Shown in pieces: positions 50,751 through 64,000 of a stretch of 64,000 bases of DNA (the first letter of the stretch is position 1; every line of letters begins with the position of its first letter). The DNA is from Vermamoeba vermiformis (Eukaryota), in assembly GCA_045837725.1 (NCBI GenBank), contig JBEWZL010000278.1:186001-250000 (forward strand), read 5' to 3'. Made by a program: the position numbers and the translations under genes. A model generated the notes under the pieces. The model was not told the DNA's origin. It saw only the letters and a program-made list of their open reading frames with translations, and ran no database searches.

Positions 50751-52382
50751 TTAAGTGAAGTAAGGGATTGATTGGCGAGGTGGTACTGTGCGCTCATTCT
50801 CGGGCACTGCGTTGAAAATTTTGAAGTCCCGATTGAGGTCTTGATCCAATTCGAGAATTGAAGCAACGTTGCCGCATCGGTAGCAGTAGTTAGGCGCTGA
50901 CCACACTGTGACTAATTGCTTATCGAACATGTATTTGTAGCCTTCTTGTACCAATTGATGTGCTCGACAGATCAACTCCAAATTGTTAATGCGAGTGAAC
51001 TGTTAAAATTAAGGAAATATTAATAAAAAATCAGTACAATATAAAGTGGATATAACTATTAATATTAGAGCCCTCGTAGACTCAATTAACATTTTCCTAA
51101 TTTTTTTCGTTTTGGATCGTACCTCAGCAGTGACACGTGAGCCGAACAACCAACCAGCACCACGAGGACTGATCTGCCAGTTGTCAATCTCTTCAGGATC
51201 TGACCACATCAAGTCGCAGAAAGGACCTTCGTGCGGGATCTCTTGATTTCTAGCAATAGTTCTGATCTGATCCAATCCTCTAACGTCTGTATTGGAAAAT
51301 TATTAATACCATTGCCTTCATAGTATATTCGTTATTTTCTTAATAAACACGATTTATTTATCGCTAAATTAATCTTAAAAAGCAAAATTAATTTGAGTTG
51401 GACTTACCAGGAGACAAACCACCGTGAACGCACAAAATACGGCCATCAACGACCTATATAATCACGTCATTAATACACATAACGTTAATTTGCAAAGTGT
51501 CACTATTAAAAGATTTTATCTCGCAGCTGACGAGATAGAAAGCGGAAATTAAAATTTAAAACAAATTCAATTTGATAAAGAATTTAACTATGCTCTAAAA
51601 TAATACTTACAGCAGCGATAGTCAACAGATCAAAGACTTGCGTGCAGTATTTCCAAGCATTTGCATTGCCGTATTTTTGTTGGCACTCATCGTAAAAGCC
51701 ATAGACTTGTGTAATCTGTCGGGACTCGTGGTTGCCTCTCAACAGTGTAATTTTGTCGGGCCATCTGTAGGTATAATCGGTTAGCCTTCTGGAAGCCTCA
51801 GATACGTTGCAACGGAAGATTCGATCAATTTTTAGCTGGCAAACGAAATGCCGTCCGAAAATCAAATTTTGATATTCTATAATCGCTAAATACGTGCCTA
51901 GCCTTGAGTGTGAGCAAATAGGTGAAAGTTTCTAAGCTGTAGTATCCACGGTCAACAAAATCTCCCTTTAGATGAAAAACATTGCACGATTAGCAAGCGT
52001 TCTGTGCCTTAAAATAATTATTAAATTATTTACCATGAAAATATAGTTGGTATCGGGCAGTTCTCCACCAGTTCGGAAGAGCTCTAACAAATCATAAAAT
52101 TGTCCGTGGATGTCGCCACAAATCGTTACAGGAGCAGGTACTGGTTGAACATTCGATTCCTCGAGTAAATATTCCTTGACCTAAATCAGTGAGAGATTAA
52201 TCGCTGCCTGAGGAAGCTTCAAAAACGAATTCAAAAAGCTGATTCGTTGCGGTTGTATTAACGTTGTAAATTCGACTTACAATCTCGCATAATTTCTTCA
52301 GATCATTCTCTGGCAAATATTTACATTGACGAACAGTGTCGATCCACTGGTCCAGTTCGCCGTGAGAAGCTTTAGCCGCCAT
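50751..52382 (-). CDS. PPP6C: Serine/threonine phosphatase 6 catalytic subunit (PP6c/Sit4)
   Basis: [86 protein letters not shown]. Confidence 0.95.
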
Positions 52383-52808
52383 AATTATTTACGGTTTAAT
52401 TTAGTTATTTAATCGCAATATTATTATACAAATACGAGTGCGCGTCAAAATTAAAGGACGTCTTAGAATCAACTTCCTTTTGATGTTTACTTCGCGCGGT
52501 TTGAAAAAAAAGATGGCCGTTGTGTGTGAAAAATAAATTTTTGTGTCTGGCGCACGATTGGCTGGTTTTTTGGACCTGATTTGCGTCTTCACGGACTTGA
52601 AATACATTGCATATACATTACTATATACCACTATTGAACTTTTGCTTTTGTTTCAAGGGTTTGATATGATTTGGTAGAGTTGCAGGATTCCAAACGGAAT
52701 CCGCTTTGTCCCTGCTTTATTTATCACCCTACCGATATATTATCAATAGATTATATTTATTGTAATTATATTGAAACGTACAAAGCTAAATGAACTAATA
52801 CAACCCGT

Positions 52809-54974
52809 ATGGATGGAGTCAAACGAAACTAAAAACAACCAGAACAACTGGAGAAATTCTATTAACGTAAAATGGAACAAGTACGTATACAATATTCATT
52901 TCAGTCGATCATGATTAAAAATTAATTGTCTTACGCACGCGTAGAGTGCGACAAGATTCATCCAAGATTCTCGCGTCGACAGGCAAGCTATTGCAAATTA
53001 AAGATCAGCCTTCAGCAGATAAATGGCAGTTGTATCGGAAAATAATAGAACAAGACCCACCTCCGACGGCAATACCGCGAGATAAAACACTCAAAAACTT
53101 GATTCGTTATGTGGGCATTCCTCAAGACATGCGAGCGAAGGTAACGACTCAAAATAATATAATATCGTCAAATTCCGGCATATCTTAAAATTTTCGTCGT
53201 TTGGCATTTTTTGGCTGCAGTTTTCCACCGCTGGATCGCAATCCACTGGGAGCATGCAATTAAAATTTAAATTTAATTTGGAATCCTTCCGTATACGGCT
53301 ATATGCCATTTACGCTTCTTTGCTCGAATTTGACAGGCTTCTATTGGCAGATGTGGACACTTCTGACACGTGCAGCTCAAAATTATTGCGATAATAAGCT
53401 GGAATACTCAGAAATATTGCGCAATCAAATGGAGAAGAGCAACGAGTCCATAGCACAAATAGAGAAGGATCTGCATCGCACTATGCCTCGCAATGAATTT
53501 TGGAACAAGGACAAAGATATTCCTCGACTGCGCAGCGTGTTGGTAGCATACTCATGGATTAATCCATATGTAAGTTTGGTAATAGGAATTTATTTTGCCG
53601 AAAATGGACGCTTTAGCCGAGAGATCTGCCTATTTCGGAAATTTGATGTTAGTTCCTTGAATACGCGTTGACACTAACAATTGAATTTGGCGAGATCAAA
53701 CGCCTTTATACACAAGAAAATTAATGCCTTGTCCGCCTAAGGAGAATAATCTAACGAAGTTGCAATTTAGGTCGGTTACTGCCAAGCCATGAATTTCGTT
53801 TGTGGAATTCTGCTGATCGTTATGAAAGACGAGATGGCATTTTGGATGATGCGGTCGATCGTCGAGGACATATTGCCAGTCGATTACTACGCGTCAGATC
53901 TGCTAGGGATCAAAGTAAGTAGTTGTTGCTTAAATTAGCTCCAGACACGCGCCGCAGTAATAAATCGCCTAATCGAATTCATTACTTCAAGGTCGATACG
54001 GAGGTCATCAAGGCCCTTCTAGAGCAGAAGCTGCCGAGAATAGCAGAACACTTGACAAAACTGGATGTTGTCTTGTTGCCAATCATATCCGAGTGGTTCT
54101 TGACGCTGTTCGTCAACTGCTTGCCATATGAGGTATGCTAGGCATTCGATTCAAGATTGCATCTAAAGTCAGTCTTGCCGTCATTTGGATCGAGAGCATA
54201 AATCTATTTTTGTCTCTTTGCCACGAATTAACCTACGATTTTTGATAGAACGCCTTGAGATTTTTGGATAGCTTCTTCTCGGAAGGCAGCAAGATATTGT
54301 TTCGGTTTGCCCTCGCGCTTTTCAAGTACAACGAGCAGAAGATCCTCGAGCTTCAAAGTTTTGAAGAGGCATTCTCATTCGTCAAAGACATGCCAGCGCA
54401 ACTTACCGATGCCCAAATGATGAAAGAAGTCATGGATCTGAGCTTTGATGGCTTATGGCTCGGAAGAATGTCGCTCGTAACGATTTCAGAACTTCGGAAT
54501 TTCTTCGAAAGCAAGCTCATCTCAGAGAAGCAAAAGGCTCATCTCAAGGCCCTCAAACGCGAGAATAGGAAGGCTATATTACTTGCCGAGAATGCCCCGC
54601 CACCGCCCGCGAACAAACATCTACATTATGTGTCCTCGGATCATCGCATGAGCTCAGATTTGACTGAGCTTGGCTATCTACTGCCCTCGAAGCACACTAG
54701 AAACGCTTTTGTTGCACGACCCTTCCGCGTCAATTTGATGGCGGAGATTAAGGTTATCGAAGACTACGTTACGCCTCCAGTCAACTTTGTATATAATGGT
54801 GCTACGAGCTTATCGCCGCCTGTTTCTCCGCGATCGCTTAAGCCTTCGAATACCAACACGCCCTCTCACACGCCACCAGCCTCACCGAAGCGGGCTGCAT
54901 CCGGTCATGTTTGGCAGTTGGTGAAGGTTCCATCGAGTTCGAAGCTGCAACGAAGCCAGGATATGAACAGCTGA
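52809..54974 (+). CDS. TBC-domain Rab GTPase-activating protein
   Basis: GIPQDMRAKMW, QIEKDLHRT (Arg finger), VGYCQAMNF (Gln finger), EWFLTLF, FLDSFFSEGSKILFRFAL. Confidence 0.9.
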
Positions 54975-55471
54975 TGATGACATGCCGCCGGTAGTCACGT
55001 ATGTAAATAAACCGATTTAGAACTAACGTACAATCTGCCGCAAATCTGCCGCAATCTCGTCAAAACTCGCCTAATCGGGAAATTTACCTTAATCGTAAAG
55101 TGTCAAAAGCGTCACCCGCTTTCCTTCGGCCAATCACAAAATTGTGATTCGGTTATTGTGGGAGACGGGACGTATTTTTAGAATATTGCGCATGGAAATT
55201 ATGAATTCGAACTGGGCAGTCAAATTCAGTTAAAGTGCGAGTAATAGTAATATACTTACAAAGAAGCCACTTCGTGCCAATTTATTTTGGTTTTAGCTTG
55301 CATGTACTATGCTGCTTAAAATAACTCACATTTTTCGAAAGTAGGAACTATTCTGATTGGTCGAACCAGCTCGGTTGGGACATAAAAAAGACAAAATGGA
55401 ACTTTTTCTTCCAAATTCTTCAATCAGTAGCCACGCTCCTAGCAGTACTACTTCCTGCCTCTAGCTCAACA

Positions 55472-57351
55472 ATGCGCGCTCGAAAATCTCTTTCGATTCA
55501 CAAACAGCCACAACCGGATCAGCCTGAGCGACAACGACGACGATATAGAAAGAAAGGAAAGACTGACCTTAGCGAATGTAAGCTCGAACATTATTCAGTT
55601 AGTTAACGCAGCGTTGCCAACGAATTTTATTTAGCTGGTATCAGGTGCTCCAGATGCGACGGTCGAAATATCGTCTTCTTGAGAGGGGAGGGAAGAGTGT
55701 ATTGCAATCCATGCAAGTCAAGATTTCCTCCTCCTAATTGCGACGTAAGTAGTCATCTTTTCGAAAAGCCCGAAATTCATTTTATTATCAGGTTTGCCAA
55801 CATCCAGAAACAAAGCCTCATCATGCCAAAGAGCGCCGATGGCGCTGTCTCAAATGCAGGAAGACATTTACGGTTTCGGGTAAGCGATACTACGATTCAT
55901 TTTCGAAATTGAATTCCGATCTGAATTTGAAATTTAGGCGCTGGATCTCCTGGCAAGCGTCGTTGTGGCAGAAAGAGGAAGCCTCTTAGCGAAGAAGAAG
56001 AAGACGACGAAGAGTTCGACTGCCTATCCTTCGTCGAGCCCTCCATCGCAACTAACCGTCCCCAGCGCTGTGCTCGCCCGATTAGGAAAGTGGATGCCGA
56101 CGGCGAAGACAATGAACTCTCCGACGTCTCTATGGAAGATGACGACGTCAGCGAGGCTAGCGAGGAGTCCGACTCAGTGGCTGAGCAAGAACTTTCAAGT
56201 CAGGAATCCGCGGTCAACGCCTCGATCGACAGCTTCTTCGACCCTGCTAGCATCTCTGACATGCAAAAGATAGCCGCTCGACTGTCTATAATGATGGCAG
56301 TCTATGGGTGCCCTAGTAGCTTCACTCCACTCCTAAAAGAGCTCGACGAGTTGGCTTTCGCTTTCGATCGTTGCAAGCTTGTCCTCTGCTCAGTCAATTT
56401 TGCAGTAAGTAGCAATTTTAACGGCCAATAAGACGATTTATTTAAAATTAAATCTGCTATAGGATCTTGATCCACTGGAGAACATGGCTTACGCATCCAC
56501 GCTGGTCCTCTTCAGACAAACTACTTACGAGGTCGTGTCTACGCTGCTCGACTACACAAGCATCCCTTACTATCGATCAGAAAGAGAGGTCATGCGTCTC
56601 GTCATGCAGTTCTTCATTAGTGTGGTTACTATGAAAGAGATCGAGTTCAGTCTCGCGCAGTACATGGCGAAGCACATCTGCACTCTCGCTCACGTATGGT
56701 TTATTCGCAACACACTTTCGACATAGTACTAACGTATTACATGCTCAGTTAATCGACCGATATTGTGCTACGGGCACGTACGATGCTTACATTCTGGATG
56801 TAGCGTTGATTATGCTCCGACTAGCCGCGATCTACTTGGCTAGCCCTCTCGGCAGCAGAACTAAGCTCCGCGTGGACGAGGTAAGTTTTAGTTTAGTAAC
56901 CGAGTTTGTGTTATATTTCCGAGCAATGTTTTGCAAAAATCGACCGATCTCGATCCACTTTGGAATTTTCAATGAGTATTAACGGTTTTTTCGTAATTTA
57001 TAGTGCGGCAAAGTGTTTACGACTATCCTTCGATGCTTGAGCACGATGATCTATCGTCCTCTATCTCAAAAGCCAGTCTGGGACATCTTAGTCACACTCA
57101 AGCAACATCCGCTCTTCAGCACCTTTGTAATGAGCACAGCGAATTCATCGCAACTTCGCGAGGTGATCGAAGAAACACAAAAGGCTTCTTCTACGGGTGG
57201 AATGGCAATGATGTCGTCTGTGCGTGATGCGATCGAGCTCTGCATCTCCGCGTACTTGCCTTCGTCCACCCCGGATGCACCAGACCAACCCGCTCGCATC
57301 GCCGATTGTCGCCGCGATGAACACATGGCGCCTAGTCAAGCGGTGCTTTAA
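55472..57351 (+). CDS. Hypothetical protein with two N-terminal Zn-ribbons, acidic linker and helical (cyclin-like?) C-terminal domain
   Basis: Spliced CSRC..CNPC and CDVC..RWRCLKCRKTFTV; basic NLS-like KRRCGRKRK; D/E-rich segment; LAHLIDRYC..ALIMLRLAA. Confidence 0.6.
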
Positions 57352-57717
57352 GGCTTCTTAATTGAAGACTTCTAGCAAGCTTGCTAAAGTTTGCTACCTC
57401 AGAACTTTAGCCGATCTGGCTTCAGTTGGCTCATTTTGTTTGCAGAGCCATGTATTATACTGTACTATATATATCATATTCTTAAACCAGACCTATATAT
57501 AAAACTTCCTATTTAGTATTGTGAACCGAATGAGGCGAAGTCACGTGCCCCTTTTCTTCTCGATTATGTCGGACGGAGTTTTTAACCCTTTTATATCTAT
57601 TGTAATTAATATCATACGCCACGCGTCATTGTATATTTTTGTATCATATATGATTGCTCTGACTTATTGACTAAACGATACTGATCGATAAAACAACGCG
57701 AGAAGAAGCATAAAGAG

Positions 57718-59884
57718 ATGGGAAACGGAGTCAAAAAAGAAGCTATTGATAGCAAATATTTGAAGCCGAATGGACTGTACACTTTGGAATGGGATTTGAA
57801 AGTTGTAAAGAAGCTGATCTTGGATAGAAAGTTAGCTCCATTCTTTCCAGGCAAAGACAGTGCCAACGAACAAGAGACAGAAGAATGTCCTATTTGCTTT
57901 TTGGTAAGCCATCCATTACTAATCGGGTCCGAATATTTCGCGATCTCGGGTCAATTTAAAAATTGTTAAATCTAAAATTTATAACAGAATTATGTGGGTG
58001 GACTGAACCGAACAAAGTGCTGTAAAAAGGGAATATGTACAGGTAATCGCATTCGCGAGAGAATATGAAATTGGGACGAGTTTTATTAATTTTTTCTAAT
58101 TTTCATAAGAATGCCATTTAATGATTAGAAAGCCTACTGGAGAGCCGCAGTAAGTGCATATAAATTCAAAATTTTATTAAACTCCGAATCATTGGTGTTT
58201 CCGACGTATTTACCTACGAGATTCAGTTCACTAATCGTTGTCGAACAGCTGTCCCTTCTGTAATCGAACAGGCTACGCTGTCATATTTACTGGACCCCTA
58301 AGCAAAGAAGAGCGCGATCAGGAGTTTAAAGTAAGCCTGAACTTCCTTTCGTCTTCTGCCCGGCAGATCGCACGAAGCGAAAATTCGTAAAAAATCAAAT
58401 CTACGCACAAATCTGAAGATTATAGGCATATATGGCCTACGTAAAGATTAAATATCGATTACGAGGAGCGGAAATACGTATAATGAATCACCACACAGAT
58501 CCGTTTCTGAAATTCGTTATGCAAAATTGAAACGCTTTAATTAACCATACTATTACTACAGGAACAACAAAAAGTTGTCGAATTACAAATTAAGATGCGT
58601 CAAGAAGAACAAGAGAAGGACCGAGAGCGCGAGAAACAACGCGAGCTGTCCAGATCTAAAGCAAGTGCTGCAGGAGACGCAGCAAATCAACCGCCGAGCG
58701 TACAAAGCGTGCAATCGGACTCAAACAAACCTGCTGCTGCCTCAGAGTCGATCAGGACCTCGCGTTCAAGCTTGAAGAATTCTCGTCGCAAAGACAAGCA
58801 CAGGTCAGGCGAGAGAACGCCTCGTCGTGATTCAGGACCTAAAAACGAACCACAGCTGCCGCCTCCCTCACCTGCTGTTCCTGTGGTACCGATAGGTAAG
58901 TCTACATGAGTGCACTATTTGATTCAAAACTCACGGTGAGCACGTGCAGTCCCCGAGAGTGTGTCGAGCTCGATGGATAATGACAGCGGTCAAGAAGACT
59001 TTGTGGCGCACATGATTAGTGCGTTCAATCAACCGCGCAACGGCAGTGATTTGTTGCAACCACAGGACTTGGAGGAGTTGATGATTATGGAGGCTATTCG
59101 TCGATCCTTAAACGACGTTAAACGTAAGTCTTTGCTATTGACGCATTGTGAGGACTTGCACTGACGACTAGTGTAGCGACTGAGTCTAAAAATAAACTCG
59201 AAGTAATGGAAAAGGTCGGTTCACCAGCAGCAAAAAGTGACATCACAAGCAGCACGAACACAAACAGCACAACGCAATCAGGATACAATCGCACCTCTGC
59301 TGAGCCTAAAGACGAAGAACTAGATATCTCAGAGACACTAACGAATTCAAGTTTTTCGACGAATTACACCAACACTACGACGGCATGGGAGGCCAATCAA
59401 CACCCTTCCATTCACAGTGACGCTGATCCTTCCAACTTGACTGGACTGTCAGAGTCGAGTTCCGAAGAAGGTGAGTGATTATAAGACCAATTCTTGAAAT
59501 GAAAAGACATTAATGTAGTTAACAGAAATGAAGAAAAATACTCCTAAATTGGTTGAAAAAGAGAAAAACAAGCCGCGGTCAGTGGCAGAGAGCTTTATTA
59601 ACAGCGAAAACGAGAAAAAGGAGAAAGAACCCAAACAACAGAGCAATCGCTCATCACTTATTGACGTGCAACTAACGGCGCACACCTCGATTAAACCTAA
59701 AAAGGAAAAGAAGGACGAGAGCAGCGAGAAGAGCTCATCAAGCTCATCTGAAGATAGTGATAGCGACTCTAAATCAGAAAGTGACAGCGCGGAGGAAGTA
59801 CTGCTGAACAAACGAAATCACAAAAATTCACTGAAAAACAGTTTGGCTGAAGGAATTTTCAATACTGAAACTAGCGTGCAGTAA
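57718..59884 (+). CDS. DA2/GW2/SIP5-like RING E3 ubiquitin ligase
   Basis: MGN start (possible myristoylation), KPNGLY..WDLKVVKKLILDRKLAPFFPG, ECPICFL..LNRTKCCKKGICTEC..CPFC, later LEELMIMEAIRRSL (UIM-like). Confidence 0.88.
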
Positions 59885-60099
59885 TTCAACAGCGGTGTAA
59901 TATTAATACTAACAATACCAATACATCCAAAAGAACGGTGTAAAAAAAAACCATGTACAAAGAACCCAAAAGCAATTGTAGATTTTTGTTTCAATACCCA
60001 TCAAAATATCGGTTAAATTTAACCTCAATGTATAGAACGACCGATAAAATAAAACCGATTGAATTTACCATAAATAGCTAATCGTATTGGAACGAGATT

Positions 60100-61017
60100 T
60101 TATTTTGCAATGCTGTCCTTGTTCAATTTGAGATCTGATTTTCCGCCAGTCTTCTCGATGAGCCTTATGTCTCTAATACATCATATTAAAACAAAATACT
60201 CGCGTATATGTTACGTATAGGCCTACCTGATGACAATATCGTGTGACAAGGCCTTGCACATGTCGTAGATCGTGAGTGCCGCTAATGAACACGCATTCAA
60301 GGCCTCCATTTCAACACCTGTCTTGTGTGTGCAGGTTACTTTGCTATCAATAACGACCTATTATTGAATGTGAGTTAAAGTCAGGCCTTAGATCTGTTAT
60401 GGTGGACTTACTGTATTGTTATCGAGTGCAATGTCAATGTCACAGCCTTCGAGTGGGATCTGATGGCAAAAAGGAATCATTTGTGAAGTATTTTTAGCGG
60501 CCATTGTGCCTGCAATAACAGCTGTAGCGAATACAGGGCCTTTCTACGAGTACGAGTCAGATCTTGCACTTAGCCAATTAAAACTCTTAGAGGCGTTACC
60601 TTCGATTGAATATCTTTCTTCTCCTTATCAAATTGTTGCACAATAATGCTTGGCAAGTCAATTAACGCACGAGCACGAGCCACACGACGAGTAACATTTT
60701 TGTCTCCAACGTCAACCATGCGCGGCATATTGTTCTCGTCCAAATGTGTAAAGTTTGATTGTTTTCGTATTATTAACGATCGACTCTGCAAGCGTTTGGT
60801 TAATTGGAATTAGGACGAAAATACAAATAAAATCTGAAAAATTAGTAAGAAGTATGCCTCAACGATGCATCCGTTTGTCCATAATAATATTGAATAATAA
60901 TTACATATTTTGTAAATGGATTTTTTGATTGACACCAGCAGAGATTGGGAGGGAGGATCCGCTTACTTGAGCTGAACGGGTAACGCGTAGTAATTTGCTT
61001 CCAATCCGTGGCAACAT
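60100..61017 (-). CDS. moaC: Cyclic pyranopterin monophosphate synthase (MoaC/MOCS1B/Cnx3) with mitochondrial-type presequence
   Basis: [44 protein letters not shown]. Confidence 0.93.
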
Positions 61018-61131
61018 TCGATTTGTTAATTATTATAGTATTCGATTAATTGAGGTTTGTGCTCAGTTCAGGCCAATAAAAAAGAAAAGTTGAATTTTAT
61101 TCGAGCTCTTTATTTGTAACATATAACAATA

Positions 61132-64000
61132 ATGGTAAGTTCATCATTTCTTATCGAGCCTCCGTAAATTGTGGTTGATCGATACTTGTGTGGTGTTTGG
61201 ATTCTGGATCTGATCGCTAACTGCCTCCTTTCTTCAGCCACGCCCAAAAGTGTCAAAAGCGAAGCTCGCTAATAAAAAGGGCGCTAGTAATAATAAAGGA
61301 TCATCAAATTATCAACCCCCTCACTTGAAACGAAAACGCGATCGAGACGATGAGGTAAAAATAATTTTAGAAATGTCATTGTGAAGTATAGACACGTCTA
61401 CAATATTCCTAAAATTTATATAGACGATTTATCTTATGAATATAATTGATTTAAATATTTTGAGGTGCGATTCAAGATCCGATCGCAGATCCAGATCGGT
61501 TTAATAACCTGTTTTAATAGACCGATGATAAGAAGCGATACCAAAAACGACAAAAGCGAAATAGCGATGGAAGACCTTTGAAAATTGCGGATAATGTATT
61601 TGCAGACAATCAAAATTCAGATGAAGTCGATCTAATGCCAGAAGACATTGAATTTTTCAAACAACACGGAGAATATATTGAATTGATTGATAGAATTAAT
61701 CCTAAGGAATTAGATCCGTAAGTACTCTTTACTATTAGAGAAATATTCCTTCGCTGGGCAGAGCTTTAGTATTCGAATTTTTATTTGGATAATAATGCTA
61801 ATAATTTATCGAGCAGAAAAAGCAAAGGCTCTCGTCGTTCTGAAAAGAGAAAGCGCGAAGAAGAGGAAGAAAAGCTGTTGCCTTACGAGGCTACAGCTCG
61901 CAAACCTGCTTGGGAACGCGAACAAGAACGCGAGAAAGAAACTTATTCATTGCCTATTAAACAAGATGGACGTATTTTACAAGGTAATTATACAATTTTA
62001 CATGCATATAAATACTCGTACTAACGCTGTGGCCAGTTCAAAAGCAAAAAGAAGTCAAAGAGGAGTCCGAGGAAGAGATTGATGACGCATCAGCAGACGT
62101 GAGTTCAGACGACGAGGATGACGATGAGCTGTCAGGACTCGGCGGCAGTGACTATTCGGGCGATGAAATGGAAGACGAGAATCAAAAGGGATTCGTGGCG
62201 CATGGTGGCAATGAGAGTGATGACGAAGACAACTTGGAATTTTTGGAGCTCAAAATGTACGAGAAACGTCAAGAACACATTGCTAAGCGCAAAGAGGTCA
62301 TTGCGGCTACTGCTGCTTCTATTGTAGAAGACCCTGAGAACAGAGTACGTAACAGATCTAGATCTGACATGAAACATGAATATTAACGTCATCCTATTTA
62401 GATCAAGCGCTTGAAAGAGCTGCGAGATTTGTCCAAAGACTCGAGTGACGCTGTGAAGAAATTGTTGATTTTGTCCGAACTGGCCGTGTACAAAGACTTG
62501 GCTCCTGGTTACCGCATCGTTGTGCACCACGAGGATGATCCTAAAGTCAAGGTAATATTGCCTAATTTGGTAATATTGTGCATAGCTAACGTCTTGCTGT
62601 AGATTTCAAAAGACGTCAAAAAATTGCGTGAATACGAAGCCACCTTCTTGGCCGCGTATCAGAAGTACTTGCAATACTTGGACCACTTGATCAAGAGTGC
62701 TATGCGCAATGAGTCATCTGATGTTAGCGAGAGCTCATTGCCTGCTATTGCTATTCGCTGCTTGACGCAATTGTTGTTGGATCTGACCTTCTTCAACTAC
62801 CGATCTAACATCATTCAAACACTCGTCCCTCTCATGAACTCGCACATCGAAGTGGTACGTATACATAATGCCTCATAATAGTATGATATATGGTATTAAT
62901 CATGCCTTGTAGTTCAGTGATCTCGCTTGCAAAGGCATGGAAATGTTGTTCAAGAAAGACACGCAAGGTGACGCCAGTTTGGAAGCAGTGAGAATCATCG
63001 CTCAAATGATCAAAGCTAAGGGCTACTCTGTTAGACACCAGGTATATTATAATGTACTAATATTGGAGGACTTTTGTCTAACTCCAGTACCAGGCTTTGA
63101 GAACGTTTTTGCAATTGCACTTGACCGAAGAACTCGATGAAGGAGATGACATTATTAACCCTGAAAACAACAAGTTCAACAAGAGGTTAAAGATGACTAA
63201 GCGAATGAAGAAGAAAAAGAAAGAAGAAAAAGAATTGGAGCGAGATCTGCGTCTGGCGGAAGCTGAACAAAATCGCGAGGAAAAGAAACAAAACGTAAGA
63301 ATTAATCTAGTCATTGTAAGCCTTACTAATATCATATTATAGCAAAAAGAAATTCTCAAGGCAATCTTCTTGACGTACTTCAGAATTTTGAAGAAAGCCA
63401 GAGGATCCAATTTGTTGCCTTATGTACTCGAAGGTCTTGCGAGGTAATAATCTACAACAATACCATTCTCTGTCCATATTCTAACGTATAATAGATTCTC
63501 GCATTTAATCAACTTGGAGCTGTTAGTCAACTTGTTGCAAGTGTTGCGCGAGTTAATTAGTTCCAAGAAATTGTCGCTCTTGTCATCATTGAACTGCGCT
63601 TTAACTGCGTTCCAAGCACTCAAGATGGAAGGTAATATAACAACATAATATTGCCATATAAGGAAAAGTTATCTCATCAGCTCATATCTTTAGGTGACAC
63701 GTTGAGCATTGATTTGAAAGATTTCTACACCGAGTTCTACGGCATTTTATTGAAATTAGTCACATGCTCACCAGCAGAACAAACAGAGCTGATCCCGATC
63801 ACCATCAGTTGTTTGCAGCTGATGTTATACGAGCGCAGACAGCTCTCGATGGACCGTGTTGCTGCTTTCATCAAGCGCGTGCTGATCATTTCAATGCACT
63901 TGCAGCCCAATGCAGCCATTGCCATGCTCGTCGTTGTGCGTGATTTGTTAAGAGTAAGTCTTTTGGTGTTATATAAAGTGCGTGCCAAGTGATTAATGTT
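61132..64000 (+). CDS. NOC3: Nucleolar complex protein 3 (partial, runs off window)
   Basis: [69 protein letters not shown]. Confidence 0.92.

Overview
AT-rich, gene-dense eukaryotic nuclear DNA using the standard genetic code. It has many short GT-AG introns with CTAAY/TTAAY-type branch points; gene content and style suggest a free-living amoeboid protist, possibly an amoebozoan (inference). I assembled about 27 spliced gene models by hand. They include two F-box paralogs, a GPI-type surface protein, an intron-rich peptidase S45 (penicillin/AHL acylase), Alba, the mitochondrial phosphate carrier, a disrupted F-box/SMI1-like/histone-fold gene, an MYND-MSS51 protein, three tandem small membrane-protein paralogs and a cytochrome P450. 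Also present: a repeat surface protein, a Ras-like GTPase-CRIB-STE20 kinase fusion, Spt3, a U2 snRNA gene, a giant Cys-rich 7TM receptor-like protein, a His-less delta-12-like/delta-9 desaturase/cytochrome b5 fusion, SPF30, mitochondrial LeuRS, an intronless ankyrin protein, PP6c, a TBC RabGAP, a Zn-ribbon protein, a DA2/SIP5-like RING E3, MoaC and NOC3 (partial). Most notable: (1) the GTPase-CRIB-kinase fusion, which is invisible in the ORF track and appears only after splicing; (2) an exact 12-bp palindrome, TGACACGTGTCA, seen five times, each time inside an intron; (3) several unusual domain fusions. Exon boundaries and starts are manual predictions.
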